NCBI GenBank assembly: GCA_039831155.1 | Contig: JBDONT010000043.1 | Location: forward strand, 128,001-192,000 | DNA from: Nautiliaceae bacterium | GTDB taxonomy: Bacteria; Campylobacterota; Campylobacteria; Campylobacterales; Nautiliaceae | Direction of reading: 5' to 3' | DNA: 64,000 nucleotides | Notes under the pieces: generated by a model | What the model saw: the letters and a program-made list of their open reading frames with translations, nothing else | Told to the model about the DNA's origin: nothing | The model's database searches: none | Translations under genes and position numbers: made by a program | Part shown: positions 50,306 through 59,782 of the stretch, in pieces | How positions within the stretch are numbered: position 1 is the stretch's first letter | How the letters are laid out: every line of letters starts with the position of its first letter

Positions 50306-51934
50306 ATGAAATATTTACAGATTATAATGTTGGCCTTGCTATATTTTTTATCCGCTAATATAAGATTTAAATCTCTACTTTCTCACGATATTATAAGTAC
50401 TATAATTTTTCCATCCGAAGGTATAGGTTTAGCTTTTATTTTGTATTTCGGAAAACATTTATGGCCCGGTGTTTTCATAGGGCAATTTCTTTTAGCTTTA
50501 TCAAAATCCATTCCGTTCATTCCTGCTTTTTTGACTGCCGTAATAAGCTCGACGGAAATGTTGTTGGGATATTATATTTTTAAAAAACTTAAATTAAACC
50601 CTAAATTGGAAAATTTTAGAGATTTAATAATATTGGGACTTATAATAGTATTCGTATTACAACCGTTTAACGCCCTATTCTCAAATTTTATATTTTTAAA
50701 ATTCGGAATAATTCAAAAATATGAATTTTGGGTATCCATTTATTCTTGGTGGTTCGGAAACGTTATGGGAGAACTCTTATATACTCCTACCGTTTTAATG
50801 TTTTTTAAATATTATAAAAAAAATAATATTTTAGATTTTTTATTCGTCGGCTTATCTTTCGGTATTATAAGTTATTTAACTATATATTTATTAAATATTC
50901 ATAGTGCATTACTCCTTTTAAGCGTAACATTACCTGTTATAGTGATAATGGTCTATGAAAAAAACTTAAGTTACGGATTATTTATGATAGTTACCTTATC
51001 TTATGCCATATTTTTCGCAATTCATAATTCAAGCGGACCTTTTATAGATACAATATACGGTATTAATATTATGGATTATAATCTTTTTTTACTAACTTCT
51101 TTAATAATCGTATTAACAGTCGGAATATTTTTTGAAAAGCATAAAGAATTTGAAATACAACTACAAAAAGCGATAAAAAAAGCCCTGGAAAGAAATAAAC
51201 AACAACAACTTTTAATGCTTCAACAAAATAAACACGCTCAAATGGGAGAAATGATAAGTATGATTGCTCATCAATGGAGACAACCTTTAAATAATATTTC
51301 TTTATTGAATCAATTAATTACAAAAAAATATTTTTCAGGAACATTAAATGAAGAGTTCATTAGATATTTCGATAAAAATTCCAAAAAACAAATAGAACTT
51401 ATGTCTAAAACCATCGATGATTTTAGAAATTTTTTTAAACCGGGAGAAACAAAAGAAGAATTCGAACTACATAAAGTAATATTGAGAATAATTTATATGG
51501 TAAAAGATATTTATGCACAAAAAGGTATCAGTATAGAATTTAAAGATAACAATATAAAATGTAAATGTTTCGGTTTTCCCAACTCACTTTCTCACGCAGT
51601 CTTAAATATTATGAATAATTCTAAAGATATTTTAATAGAAAAAAACATCTCGGATAAAAAAATAACGATAGAACTTAAAAAAATGGGTCGTAAGATTTTA
51701 ATAATCATTAAAGATAACGGAGGCGGTATAGATAAAAAAGTTATAGATAAAATTTTTGATCCTTACTTCTCAACAAAAAAAGAAAAAAACGGAACGGGAT
51801 TAGGTCTTTATATGACTAAAATTATTATTAAAGAACATATGCAATCGGATATTTTAGTAAATAATAATAAAAAGGGAGCGGTTTTTACCATTATATTAAA
51901 TGAAAAAATTTGTTCCGCTATAAATAATTTTTAG
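50306..51934 (+). CDS. MASE1-domain sensor histidine kinase
   Basis: Multi-TM N-terminus with WWFGNVMG; AHQWRQPL H-box; DNGGG and GTGLGL. Confidence 0.9.
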   Translation: MKYLQIIMLALLYFLSANIRFKSLLSHDIISTIIFPSEGIGLAFILYFGKHLWPGVFIGQFLLALSKSIPFIPAFLTAVISSTEMLLGYYIFKKLKLNPKLENFRDLIILGLIIVFVLQPFNALFSNFIFLKFGIIQKYEFWVSIYSWWFGNVMGELLYTPTVLMFFKYYKKNNILDFLFVGLSFGIISYLTIYLLNIHSALLLLSVTLPVIVIMVYEKNLSYGLFMIVTLSYAIFFAIHNSSGPFIDTIYGINIMDYNLFLLTSLIIVLTVGIFFEKHKEFEIQLQKAIKKALERNKQQQLLMLQQNKHAQMGEMISMIAHQWRQPLNNISLLNQLITKKYFSGTLNEEFIRYFDKNSKKQIELMSKTIDDFRNFFKPGETKEEFELHKVILRIIYMVKDIYAQKGISIEFKDNNIKCKCFGFPNSLSHAVLNIMNNSKDILIEKNISDKKITIELKKMGRKILIIIKDNGGGIDKKVIDKIFDPYFSTKKEKNGTGLGLYMTKIIIKEHMQSDILVNNNKKGAVFTIILNEKICSAINNF

Positions 51935-52400
51935 AGATTTTTTTTATCTCTTCATATATTTTATCAAAATCCGCACTATAAACTCTTGTTTCGAATATAG
52001 TTGTCATCATATTCGTATCTCTTTTAAATCGGGGTACTAAATGTAAATGAATATGCTCCGGTATCCCCGCCCCCGCATCAAACCCTAAATTCCAACCCAT
52101 ATTTATACCATCCGCTCCGAAATCTTTAAGTATTTTACAACCTATTTGAGCCATTTTGGCTATATGACAAACTTCTTTTTCCGTTAAATTTTCATAATTG
52201 CCAATATGTCTATTCGGAATAATCATAAAATGGCCCGGATTATAAGGAAATTTATTCATTACAAAAAAACATATGTCATCTCTATAAAATACGTGATTTT
52301 CTTTATCAAATTGAAAATTTTTTGCTATTTCGCAAAACGGACATTCGTTTGTTTTTTTTGTGTGGTACTCTCTTCTCCAAGGTGCATATAGTTTTTGCAA
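51918..52400 (-). CDS. HIT family hydrolase
   Basis: LYAPWR, CPFC, HIHLHLVPR. Confidence 0.92.
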   Translation of the reverse strand: MQKLYAPWRREYHTKKTNECPFCEIAKNFQFDKENHVFYRDDICFFVMNKFPYNPGHFMIIPNRHIGNYENLTEKEVCHIAKMAQIGCKILKDFGADGINMGWNLGFDAGAGIPEHIHLHLVPRFKRDTNMMTTIFETRVYSADFDKIYEEIKKISKNYL

Positions 52401-52432
52401 TGTTTTTTCCTTTCAAAATTAACATAATAATC

Positions 52433-52744
52433 TTACTTATTCATTTTACCTATCTTTTTTTCAATAGATTCAATTTTTTGCTTCATTCTATTGCTTTTGT
52501 TTTTTCTAATATCCATTTTTATTGTAGTATAAACTCTATTACAATCCGGTTCTAATTGTTTATAAGCATTATTTATAATCTTCGTAGCTTCTTCAATTGT
52601 ATTTACTTCAAAAATCGTTCCCATAGGAGTCAACTGATAATTAATTTTACTTTCTTTAAACATTTTAATAATTCTACTTACATATTCGCTAACACTTTCA
52701 CCTTTATCCGTCGGAAACATAGCAAATTCAACTAAGACTGACAT
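52433..52744 (-). CDS. MTH1187/YqgV family thiamine-binding protein
   Basis: SVSEYV, YQLTPMGT, RVYTTIKMDIR; ATG 52744 with AGGAG RBS. Confidence 0.85.
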   Translation of the reverse strand: MSVLVEFAMFPTDKGESVSEYVSRIIKMFKESKINYQLTPMGTIFEVNTIEEATKIINNAYKQLEPDCNRVYTTIKMDIRKNKSNRMKQKIESIEKKIGKMNK

Positions 52745-52890
52745 ACTTTCTCCTTTTTTATTATACTCTAAAATTGAGTCAATTAGTAACATTTTACTAT
52801 TTTTTATAGTTTCTTAAGTATTTTATAAGTAAAAAGCAGTATAATTCCATCAGTTTTTCTTTCCTTGAATTTTACTTAAAGGTAAAGTTA

Positions 52891-54750
52891 ATGTTTAGTT
52901 CGAATCCTCTTTCTTTGTTGTTCGTTTTTTTAATCTTGCTCGGAGTAATTCCGAATCTTTTTTATATGGCGGGATATTTGTCTCACATAAAAAGAAAAAC
53001 GCATTTTTTAATCCATTATTTTACGTTCATTTTTTCAATGACAGGTGTCGTTTTATCAAACGAAATTCTGCCGTTTTTGTTTTTCTGGGAGCTTATGAGC
53101 CTTGCAAGCTGGCAGCTTATTTTAACCGAACCTACTGACGAAGCCATTAAAGCCGCAAGGTTTTACTTTTTTATAACGCATTTCGGATTTGTTTTTATTC
53201 TGCTTTTCTTTTTAATGCTCGGGGGAGATTCTTTATTTACGGATTTTGAAACTTTAAAAGAGTTGGCGGCTGGTTTTAAATACCCTACTCTTTTATTTTT
53301 ACTTATAACCATAGGATTTTTAAGTAAAGCCGGTGCCGTACCGCTTCATGTATGGCTTCCGTATGCCCATCCGGCGGCACCTTCTCCGGTATCCGCCCTT
53401 ATGAGCGGAATTATGCTGAAAATTGCAATTTATGCGTTTTTGAGATTTCTTTTTATTATCCCAAACTGGCAGATTGAATGGGGGGTTATTATTTTAGTGC
53501 TCGGGGCTGTTTCATCTCTCGTCGGGGTATTGTATGCCATTGCAAGCCACAATATAAAAGCCCTGCTTGCAAACCATTCTATTGAAAATATAGGGATTAT
53601 TCTTATCGGTATCGGGGTCGGTATAATTTTTACATACCTTAAACTCCCCGCCCTTGCGGCGTTTGCATTTATTGCCGCACTTTATCATACGTTTAACCAT
53701 ATGAGTTTTAAATCCCTGCTTTTTATGAGTGCGGGAAGCGTACTTTATTCAACACACACAAAGCACATAGAAAATTACGGAGGACTTATAAAACTTATGC
53801 CGGTTACCGCTTTTATGTTTTTAATCGCTGCGGTTTCCATCTCCGCCCTCCCTCCCACAAACGGATTTTTGAGCGAATGGATGATATTCCAGAGTATGCT
53901 CAGCTCAAACGGTATTGACAATCTTGTGCTTAAACTTTCTTTCCCTTTTGCGATTTTCGCCCTGGCTCTTACCGGCGGGCTTGCGATTGCCTGCTTTGTA
54001 AAAGCGTTCGGTATTACGTTTTTAGGACTTGCAAGAAGCGAAAACGCAAAACACGCAAAAGAGGTAAACAAATTAATGCTAACAGGTCAGATTCTGATGG
54101 CTGCGGTTGTAATTTCACTTATGCTTTTTATGCCGTTTTTTATAAAAATTATTAACCGTTCATTGCCGATTACGGATATTTATCATAAACTTTTCCAAAA
54201 TATCTGGGTTATGCATTCGCTCAATTCAAATGGTGCGGTTGCCCCTCTTTTGATTTTAGGAGGGCTTATAACAGTTGTTTTTGCAATATTCGCGTTTTAC
54301 AAATACTTAAACCCGAAAATCAGAATCCACCGCACATGGGCCTGCGGATACAACACCACTCCTAAAAGCCAGTATTCAGCCACAGGATTCGCGGGACCTA
54401 TAAGAAGGTTTTTCGAATGGCTCTACCGCCCGAAAATTCATACCCATACTCAAACTATTGCCGGACACAAAACCAAATTTTCGTCATCTCTTTATGAAGT
54501 GCATATCAAACCGCTTTTTGAAAAAACCTTATACGACAATGTTGTAAAAGGGCTTAATTATCTAAGTTATTTCGTATACAAACTTTCTCATTTTGAGAGA
54601 AACAGATATTCAAGCCTTATTTTTATGCTTTTGATATTCGCTCTGTTTAGTTTCAGGGTTTTTTACAAAGAATATAACTGGGGAAATATCTTACTTGAAA
54701 TCATCGTAATGGCGATATTTTACAAATTCCTGTTCGGAGAGGAAAAATGA
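52891..54750 (+). CDS. Ehr/Hyf antiporter-like subunit (HyfB-like)
   Basis: FWELMSL, PLHVWLPYAHPAAPSPVSALMSG, PPTNGFLSEW, TWACGY. Confidence 0.9.
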   Translation: MFSSNPLSLLFVFLILLGVIPNLFYMAGYLSHIKRKTHFLIHYFTFIFSMTGVVLSNEILPFLFFWELMSLASWQLILTEPTDEAIKAARFYFFITHFGFVFILLFFLMLGGDSLFTDFETLKELAAGFKYPTLLFLLITIGFLSKAGAVPLHVWLPYAHPAAPSPVSALMSGIMLKIAIYAFLRFLFIIPNWQIEWGVIILVLGAVSSLVGVLYAIASHNIKALLANHSIENIGIILIGIGVGIIFTYLKLPALAAFAFIAALYHTFNHMSFKSLLFMSAGSVLYSTHTKHIENYGGLIKLMPVTAFMFLIAAVSISALPPTNGFLSEWMIFQSMLSSNGIDNLVLKLSFPFAIFALALTGGLAIACFVKAFGITFLGLARSENAKHAKEVNKLMLTGQILMAAVVISLMLFMPFFIKIINRSLPITDIYHKLFQNIWVMHSLNSNGAVAPLLILGGLITVVFAIFAFYKYLNPKIRIHRTWACGYNTTPKSQYSATGFAGPIRRFFEWLYRPKIHTHTQTIAGHKTKFSSSLYEVHIKPLFEKTLYDNVVKGLNYLSYFVYKLSHFERNRYSSLIFMLLIFALFSFRVFYKEYNWGNILLEIIVMAIFYKFLFGEEK

Positions 54751-55667
54751 CAAACTATATACTGACAGTCCTTATAATCTTTTTAATCGCTCCGTTTTTA
54801 CTCGGGCTTACCAAATCGATAAAAATGTTTCTGCTTTTTAAAAAGCCGGCAAATCCTTTTCAGCCGTATATCGATTTTGCAAAACTTATCAATAAAGAGC
54901 TCATTTACGCAAAGGAATCAAGCGTTATCAGTAAAATTGCGGTATTTATGATTTTATCACCCATTGTCGTGACGGTGTTTTTAATGCCGCCGGTTTTTAA
55001 AGGAAGTTTTTACATTTCATTCATCGACGCATTTACGATAACGGGTCTTTTGTCGCTTTCGACTTTTTTTTTAATGCTTTTGGGACTGGATTCGGCAAGT
55101 GCGTTCGGAGGAATAGGCAGCAGCCGTGAAGCGTTTATTTCGGCACTTGTCGAACCGGCTATGATTTTAACGATTTTCAGCATTTCACTGATTGGAAAAA
55201 GCATAGGAATCAGTGAAGCCGTGTTAAATTTAAACAACAGTTTCGATATAAACCACGCCGCAAGTTTTGTTTTGGCGGCAATCAGCTTTTTTATTATCTT
55301 AATTGCGGAAAACGGAAGAATTCCAGTTGACAACCCGGAGACCCACCTTGAGCTAACTATGGTGCACGAAGCTATGATTCTTGAGAGTACAGGTGCCGAT
55401 TTGGCGTTAATCGAAATGGCAAGTGCACTTAAATTTGCGGTTTTTTCAACACTTTTTGTAAGTCTTTTTCTGCCTTTCGGGGTGAACCTCTGCTGGTGTT
55501 TAGCCGTTTTGGTGTTTATTGCAAAACTTGTTTTAGTTTCAATCGCCGTAGCTCTTATTGAAGTAAATACGGCAAAACTGAGACTCTTTAAAGTCCCTAA
55601 TCTTCTTGGAATTGCGATAATTTTCGGATTTTTGTCACTATTTATCTATTACGTGGTGGGAGTTTAA
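54747..55667 (+). CDS. Ehr/Hyf NuoH-like subunit (HyfC-like)
   Basis: FGGIGSSRE and GRIPVDNPETHLELTMVHEAM. Confidence 0.9.
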   Translation: MTNYILTVLIIFLIAPFLLGLTKSIKMFLLFKKPANPFQPYIDFAKLINKELIYAKESSVISKIAVFMILSPIVVTVFLMPPVFKGSFYISFIDAFTITGLLSLSTFFLMLLGLDSASAFGGIGSSREAFISALVEPAMILTIFSISLIGKSIGISEAVLNLNNSFDINHAASFVLAAISFFIILIAENGRIPVDNPETHLELTMVHEAMILESTGADLALIEMASALKFAVFSTLFVSLFLPFGVNLCWCLAVLVFIAKLVLVSIAVALIEVNTAKLRLFKVPNLLGIAIIFGFLSLFIYYVVGV

Positions 55668-55668
55668 A

Positions 55669-56256
55669 ATGATAAACGTTTTAATAGGCTTTTTTACGGC
55701 GACACTAATTACCTCTCTTTTTACAAACCGCCTTTTCAGGCTCTATTTATGGTATGGTATAAACTCTTTAATTTTAGGGTTAATAGGCATACTTATAGGG
55801 AAAATTTATAACTTAAACGAACTTGTAATTATGGGTATAATTACAATAGTTATAAAATTTTTAATAATTCCGTTTGCACTAAAAAAAATCACTTTTCGTT
55901 TTAAAATTTCAAGAGACATCACCCCGATTATCAAAATCCAGTACCTTACCATTTTAGTGCCGGTTGTATTGGTATTTACCTACTACCTCATCACGCCCGT
56001 ATTAAAAACGTTTCAAACGCATCCTAATTTTGTTGCGATTTCAATAAGTTCACTTTTTCTTTCACTTCTTTTGATAATGGAACACAAAAAAATGATTGCA
56101 AAAATTATGGGGTTTTTGTTTATTGAAAATTCTCTGTTTTTACTCGGAATCGTAGCGACACACGGAATGCCCTCACTCATTGAGCTCGGGGTGTTTTTTG
56201 ATTTGATGATGTTTATTTTGATTATAAATTTACTTTTTAAATATCAAGGAGAATAG
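55669..56256 (+). CDS. Ehr/Hyf membrane subunit (HyfE-like)
   Basis: Multi-TM; EN and MPSLIELGVFFD motifs. Confidence 0.85.
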   Translation: MINVLIGFFTATLITSLFTNRLFRLYLWYGINSLILGLIGILIGKIYNLNELVIMGIITIVIKFLIIPFALKKITFRFKISRDITPIIKIQYLTILVPVVLVFTYYLITPVLKTFQTHPNFVAISISSLFLSLLLIMEHKKMIAKIMGFLFIENSLFLLGIVATHGMPSLIELGVFFDLMMFILIINLLFKYQGE

Positions 56257-57636
56257 ATGGAATTTCTTTTCATACCGCCTGTTTTAATTTTTATATTAAG
56301 TTATTTTAAAATAAGCAGAACGCTTATGGCGGCGATTGCCTCTTTAATATTTTTCGCTGTTTTATACACAATCAGCAATCCGTTTGTAAACAAATACTTT
56401 TTTGTAGATAAACTTTCAGGATTTGTACTTTCCGTCTCTTCAATAGTAGCGGTGGCAATTTTCGTATCCATGATAGATTTGCCAAAAAGGATAAATCTAA
56501 AAGAACATTCGATTAAAAGATTTTACAGATTCTTTGCGGTATTCTGGATAGGAATTATCATTTCAATTCTTTCAAACAACATGGGGCTTTACTGGGTGGG
56601 GCTTGAATTTGCGACTTTATCAACAGTATATATGATAAAAGTAAAAGTTTCAAAAGATGCGGATATTGAAGCTTGGAGATATTTAATAGTGGGAGCAATT
56701 GCAATTTCTTTGATACTTTTCGGAATTATTTTAATATACGCATCAAGCAAAAGCGTACTCGGCGATTATGCCATGAATTTTTATTCGTTAATCAACAATA
56801 CGCAAAAAATAAACAGTTATCTTTTCGAGCTCGGATTTATATTTGTAATGATCGGAATGTTTATTAAAATGGGATTTTTCCCTATGAATTTATGGTTGGC
56901 AGACATTGAGAGGGCATCAATCTATCAGGTGGGGGCACTTTTTAGCGGAATACTCGAAAGTGCCATTATTTTAGGATTTTTTAGATTCAGTGAAATAGAA
57001 AAACATATAAACTATTCACATCTGATCGGTATAGGTTATACATATATTTTAATTACCCTCTTTTTTGTAAGCTTTTTAATTTACAGGGCAAAAGATTTCG
57101 TGCGTCTTTTTTCACTTTCTGGAATTGAACATATGGGGCTTATTGCTCTTTTTTGGGTAAGCGGGGGATATTTTGCGGCTCTGCTTCATTTTGCAGCACA
57201 CGCTTTTATGAAACCGGCACTTTTTATAAGCTCCCAGATTTTAGAACAAAACAAAAAATACCTTTTCAAAGGCGTACTTAAAAACATAAATAAATTCGCC
57301 GCATTTTTAATAGAGGCAATGTTTTTAGGAGTAATTTCCCTTCCTCCAAGTCCGATGTTTTTCAGTGAAATATACGGATTTAAAGCAATGATAGATGTCG
57401 CTAAAGATTCAAACTATTTCTTTTTAATGATTGGAGCCGTTTTTGTCCTTTTAATGTTACTTAGCATAATATTTTACAGATTCGTTCATATTTATCAGGA
57501 TATGCTATATGCAGGAGATGAAAAAGAAAAAAAAGTTTATAAAAGCGAAATAGTTGCCATATTGATTCTTTTTATTTCAACCGCACTTCTTTTACTTCCT
57601 CAAAGTTTTGAATTTATAGAAGGGATTATGAAATGA
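56257..57636 (+). CDS. Ehr/Hyf antiporter-like subunit (HyfF-like)
   Basis: WVGLEFATL, EAWRY, KMGFFPMNLWL, PPSPMFFSE. Confidence 0.88.
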   Translation: MEFLFIPPVLIFILSYFKISRTLMAAIASLIFFAVLYTISNPFVNKYFFVDKLSGFVLSVSSIVAVAIFVSMIDLPKRINLKEHSIKRFYRFFAVFWIGIIISILSNNMGLYWVGLEFATLSTVYMIKVKVSKDADIEAWRYLIVGAIAISLILFGIILIYASSKSVLGDYAMNFYSLINNTQKINSYLFELGFIFVMIGMFIKMGFFPMNLWLADIERASIYQVGALFSGILESAIILGFFRFSEIEKHINYSHLIGIGYTYILITLFFVSFLIYRAKDFVRLFSLSGIEHMGLIALFWVSGGYFAALLHFAAHAFMKPALFISSQILEQNKKYLFKGVLKNINKFAAFLIEAMFLGVISLPPSPMFFSEIYGFKAMIDVAKDSNYFFLMIGAVFVLLMLLSIIFYRFVHIYQDMLYAGDEKEKKVYKSEIVAILILFISTALLLLPQSFEFIEGIMK

Positions 57637-58997
57637 GACTGATAGCAAGATTTGCACTCGATAATACCGACTATTTTGAAATTATAGACGTTTTTGACAA
57701 GGAAATACTCCGTCAAAAAATCGATAAACAAAATCCAGCAGTAAAATCCATTATGCCTAAATACCCCGCAGCCATTTGGATGGAAAGAAAAATAAAAGAC
57801 GAATTCGGCATAGAATTTGAAGGGGCGTTTGATAAAAGACCTCTTGTTAAACATGAAAGGTTTCCAAAACATATTTATCCTTTAAGAAAGGATTTTAAAA
57901 AAAATGAGATTGATTTTAGCGTATTTAAGCCTTATAAATATGAAGAAATCGAGGGTGAGAGCACTTTTGTAGTACCTGTTGGCCCGATTCACGCCGGAAT
58001 TATAGAACCCGGTCATTTTCACTTTTCTCAGGCCGGTGAAGAGATACTTCACTTAGAAGTTAGGCACTATTATAAATACCGCGGCATTGAAAAAATGGTT
58101 GAAGGAAAAAAACCGCAGGGAATTAAAAAAATAATTGAAAGAATAAGCGGAAATGAATCTATTGCCTATCAAATCGCCTTTATAGATATTTTAACCCAGG
58201 CAAGCGAAAAAGAAATTCCAAATTCACTAAAACAGAAATATTTTACTTTGCTTGAGCTTGAGAGGATAATCCATCATTTAACCGACCTCGGATTTATACC
58301 AAACGACGCTGGATTTAGTGCGGCACTTTCTTTTATGAGTAAACTTACAGAAGAGACAAGAAGAATCATGGCAAAAATTACGGGACACAGATTCGGATTT
58401 GGTGCCATAAAAGAAGAAGTTGAAATTGATTATAAAACGCTTATTGATTTTGTAAATTACCTGAAAAAAGAAGTTGAGTTTTTTGAAGAATGGACGGATG
58501 ATATCGCAAGTTTGTGGGACAGATACAACACAACGGGAGCATTGAGTAAACAAAAGGCTGTAAAATACGGCGTTGTTGGAGCGGCCGCAAGGGCAAGCGG
58601 AATTAAACTTGATGTAAGAAACAATATTTTTTACAAAAATTTTGGCTATGAAATGCAACTTGGAGAAAAAGGAGAAGTCGGAGACAGGTTTAAAGTGAGA
58701 ATCAAAGAAGTGCTAAATTCAATTGAAATGATTAAAAACTTCAAAACGGACAAAAAAGAAAAACTGATATTAACCGAATTTAAAGACGGGGAATATATGA
58801 GTTTTGTTGAAAGTTCTATCGGAGAACTTTTTATGTATATGAAAATTAAAAACGGGGTAATTGACAGATTTTACGTACGTGACCCATCACACATAAACTG
58901 GCAGGCGTTTCACACGACGATTTATAAAGACATTATTGCGGATTTTCCGCTTATTAATAAAAGTTTTGATTTAAGTTATGCAGGTAATGATTTGTAA
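57633..58997 (+). CDS. Ehr large subunit (NuoC/D-HyfG-like) lacking Ni-binding cysteines
   Basis: VGPIHAGIIEPGHF; ERISGNES in place of RxCGxC; C-terminus NKSFDLSYAGNDL in place of DPCxxC. Confidence 0.9.
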   Translation: MRLIARFALDNTDYFEIIDVFDKEILRQKIDKQNPAVKSIMPKYPAAIWMERKIKDEFGIEFEGAFDKRPLVKHERFPKHIYPLRKDFKKNEIDFSVFKPYKYEEIEGESTFVVPVGPIHAGIIEPGHFHFSQAGEEILHLEVRHYYKYRGIEKMVEGKKPQGIKKIIERISGNESIAYQIAFIDILTQASEKEIPNSLKQKYFTLLELERIIHHLTDLGFIPNDAGFSAALSFMSKLTEETRRIMAKITGHRFGFGAIKEEVEIDYKTLIDFVNYLKKEVEFFEEWTDDIASLWDRYNTTGALSKQKAVKYGVVGAAARASGIKLDVRNNIFYKNFGYEMQLGEKGEVGDRFKVRIKEVLNSIEMIKNFKTDKKEKLILTEFKDGEYMSFVESSIGELFMYMKIKNGVIDRFYVRDPSHINWQAFHTTIYKDIIADFPLINKSFDLSYAGNDL

Positions 58998-59003
58998 TGA
59001 ACA

Positions 59004-59251
59004 TTATTTTTTTATTAAAAGCACTCAACAAGAGTGCAGATTTTAGCCATTTCAAAAAAGCTAAAAAGTGCAAACGGGAGAGCCGTTAAAAAAACGACAA
59101 CTGCTTGTCGTTTTTAGGCTCGCACGGCGATGAAAATGTGTAAACTTGCACTTCATACGCCTGTAAAGCGCCCTTCGGGTTTAGTGCACTTTTTTATACG
59201 CTTTTTTTCATTAAAATCTGCAATTGTTTCGCTTTATTTAATAAAAAATAA
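59004..59251. repeat. Nested-palindrome element (MITE-like or structured RNA)
   Basis: TGCAGATTTTA 59035/TAAAATCTGCA 59212; AAAAAAGC/GCTTTTTT; AAAAAGTGCA 59063/TGCACTTTTT 59185; three internal hairpins. Confidence 0.75.
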
Positions 59252-59281
59252 AAATAATTTCCTATTTAAAAGGACTGAAAA

Positions 59282-59782
59282 ATGCTCAGATTTTGGGAAA
59301 AAAGATTTAAAACCGGAATAGTTACCGAAAATTTGGAATTAGATAAAGAACTTGAAAAAATAAAAAAAGAGATAAAAGACAAAGTCAAAAAACACTTTGC
59401 CGGAAGTCTGGCAATAAGAATGGTTGACAGCGGAAGCTGTAACGCATGCGAAGCCGAATGCAACGCCTTATCAAATCCGTATTACGACCTTGAAAGACTC
59501 GGAATTCATTTTGTTGCAAGTCCGAGACACGCGGATGTTATATTTTTAAGCGGGGTTATGACTGTGAATATGTACCACCATGCAATAGACTGCTACAATC
59601 AGATACCCTCCCCCAAATGGGTAATAGCTATAGGTGACTGTGTAAAAGATTTGGGAGTGTTTGAAAAAACATACGCAATAAAAGGCAACGGTTTAAAAAT
59701 AGATTATTATATCCCCGGATGTCCTCCAACCCCGAAAGAGATAATAAAGGGGATTTTGGAGTTTTTAAAAACTCTTGATTAA
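59282..59782 (+). CDS. Ehr small subunit (NuoB/HyfI-like Fe-S protein)
   Basis: GSCNACE, ASPRHAD, GDC, PGCPP. Confidence 0.92.
   Translation: MLRFWEKRFKTGIVTENLELDKELEKIKKEIKDKVKKHFAGSLAIRMVDSGSCNACEAECNALSNPYYDLERLGIHFVASPRHADVIFLSGVMTVNMYHHAIDCYNQIPSPKWVIAIGDCVKDLGVFEKTYAIKGNGLKIDYYIPGCPPTPKEIIKGILEFLKTLD

Noticed and set aside
59130-59321. 63-aa ORF between the Ehr large and small subunit genes (possible HyfH)
   Set aside because: No ferredoxin CxxCxxC motifs; lies within the palindromic element
52891-59782. Functional hydrogenase-4 / formate hydrogenlyase
   Set aside because: The large subunit lacks all four Ni-ligating cysteines
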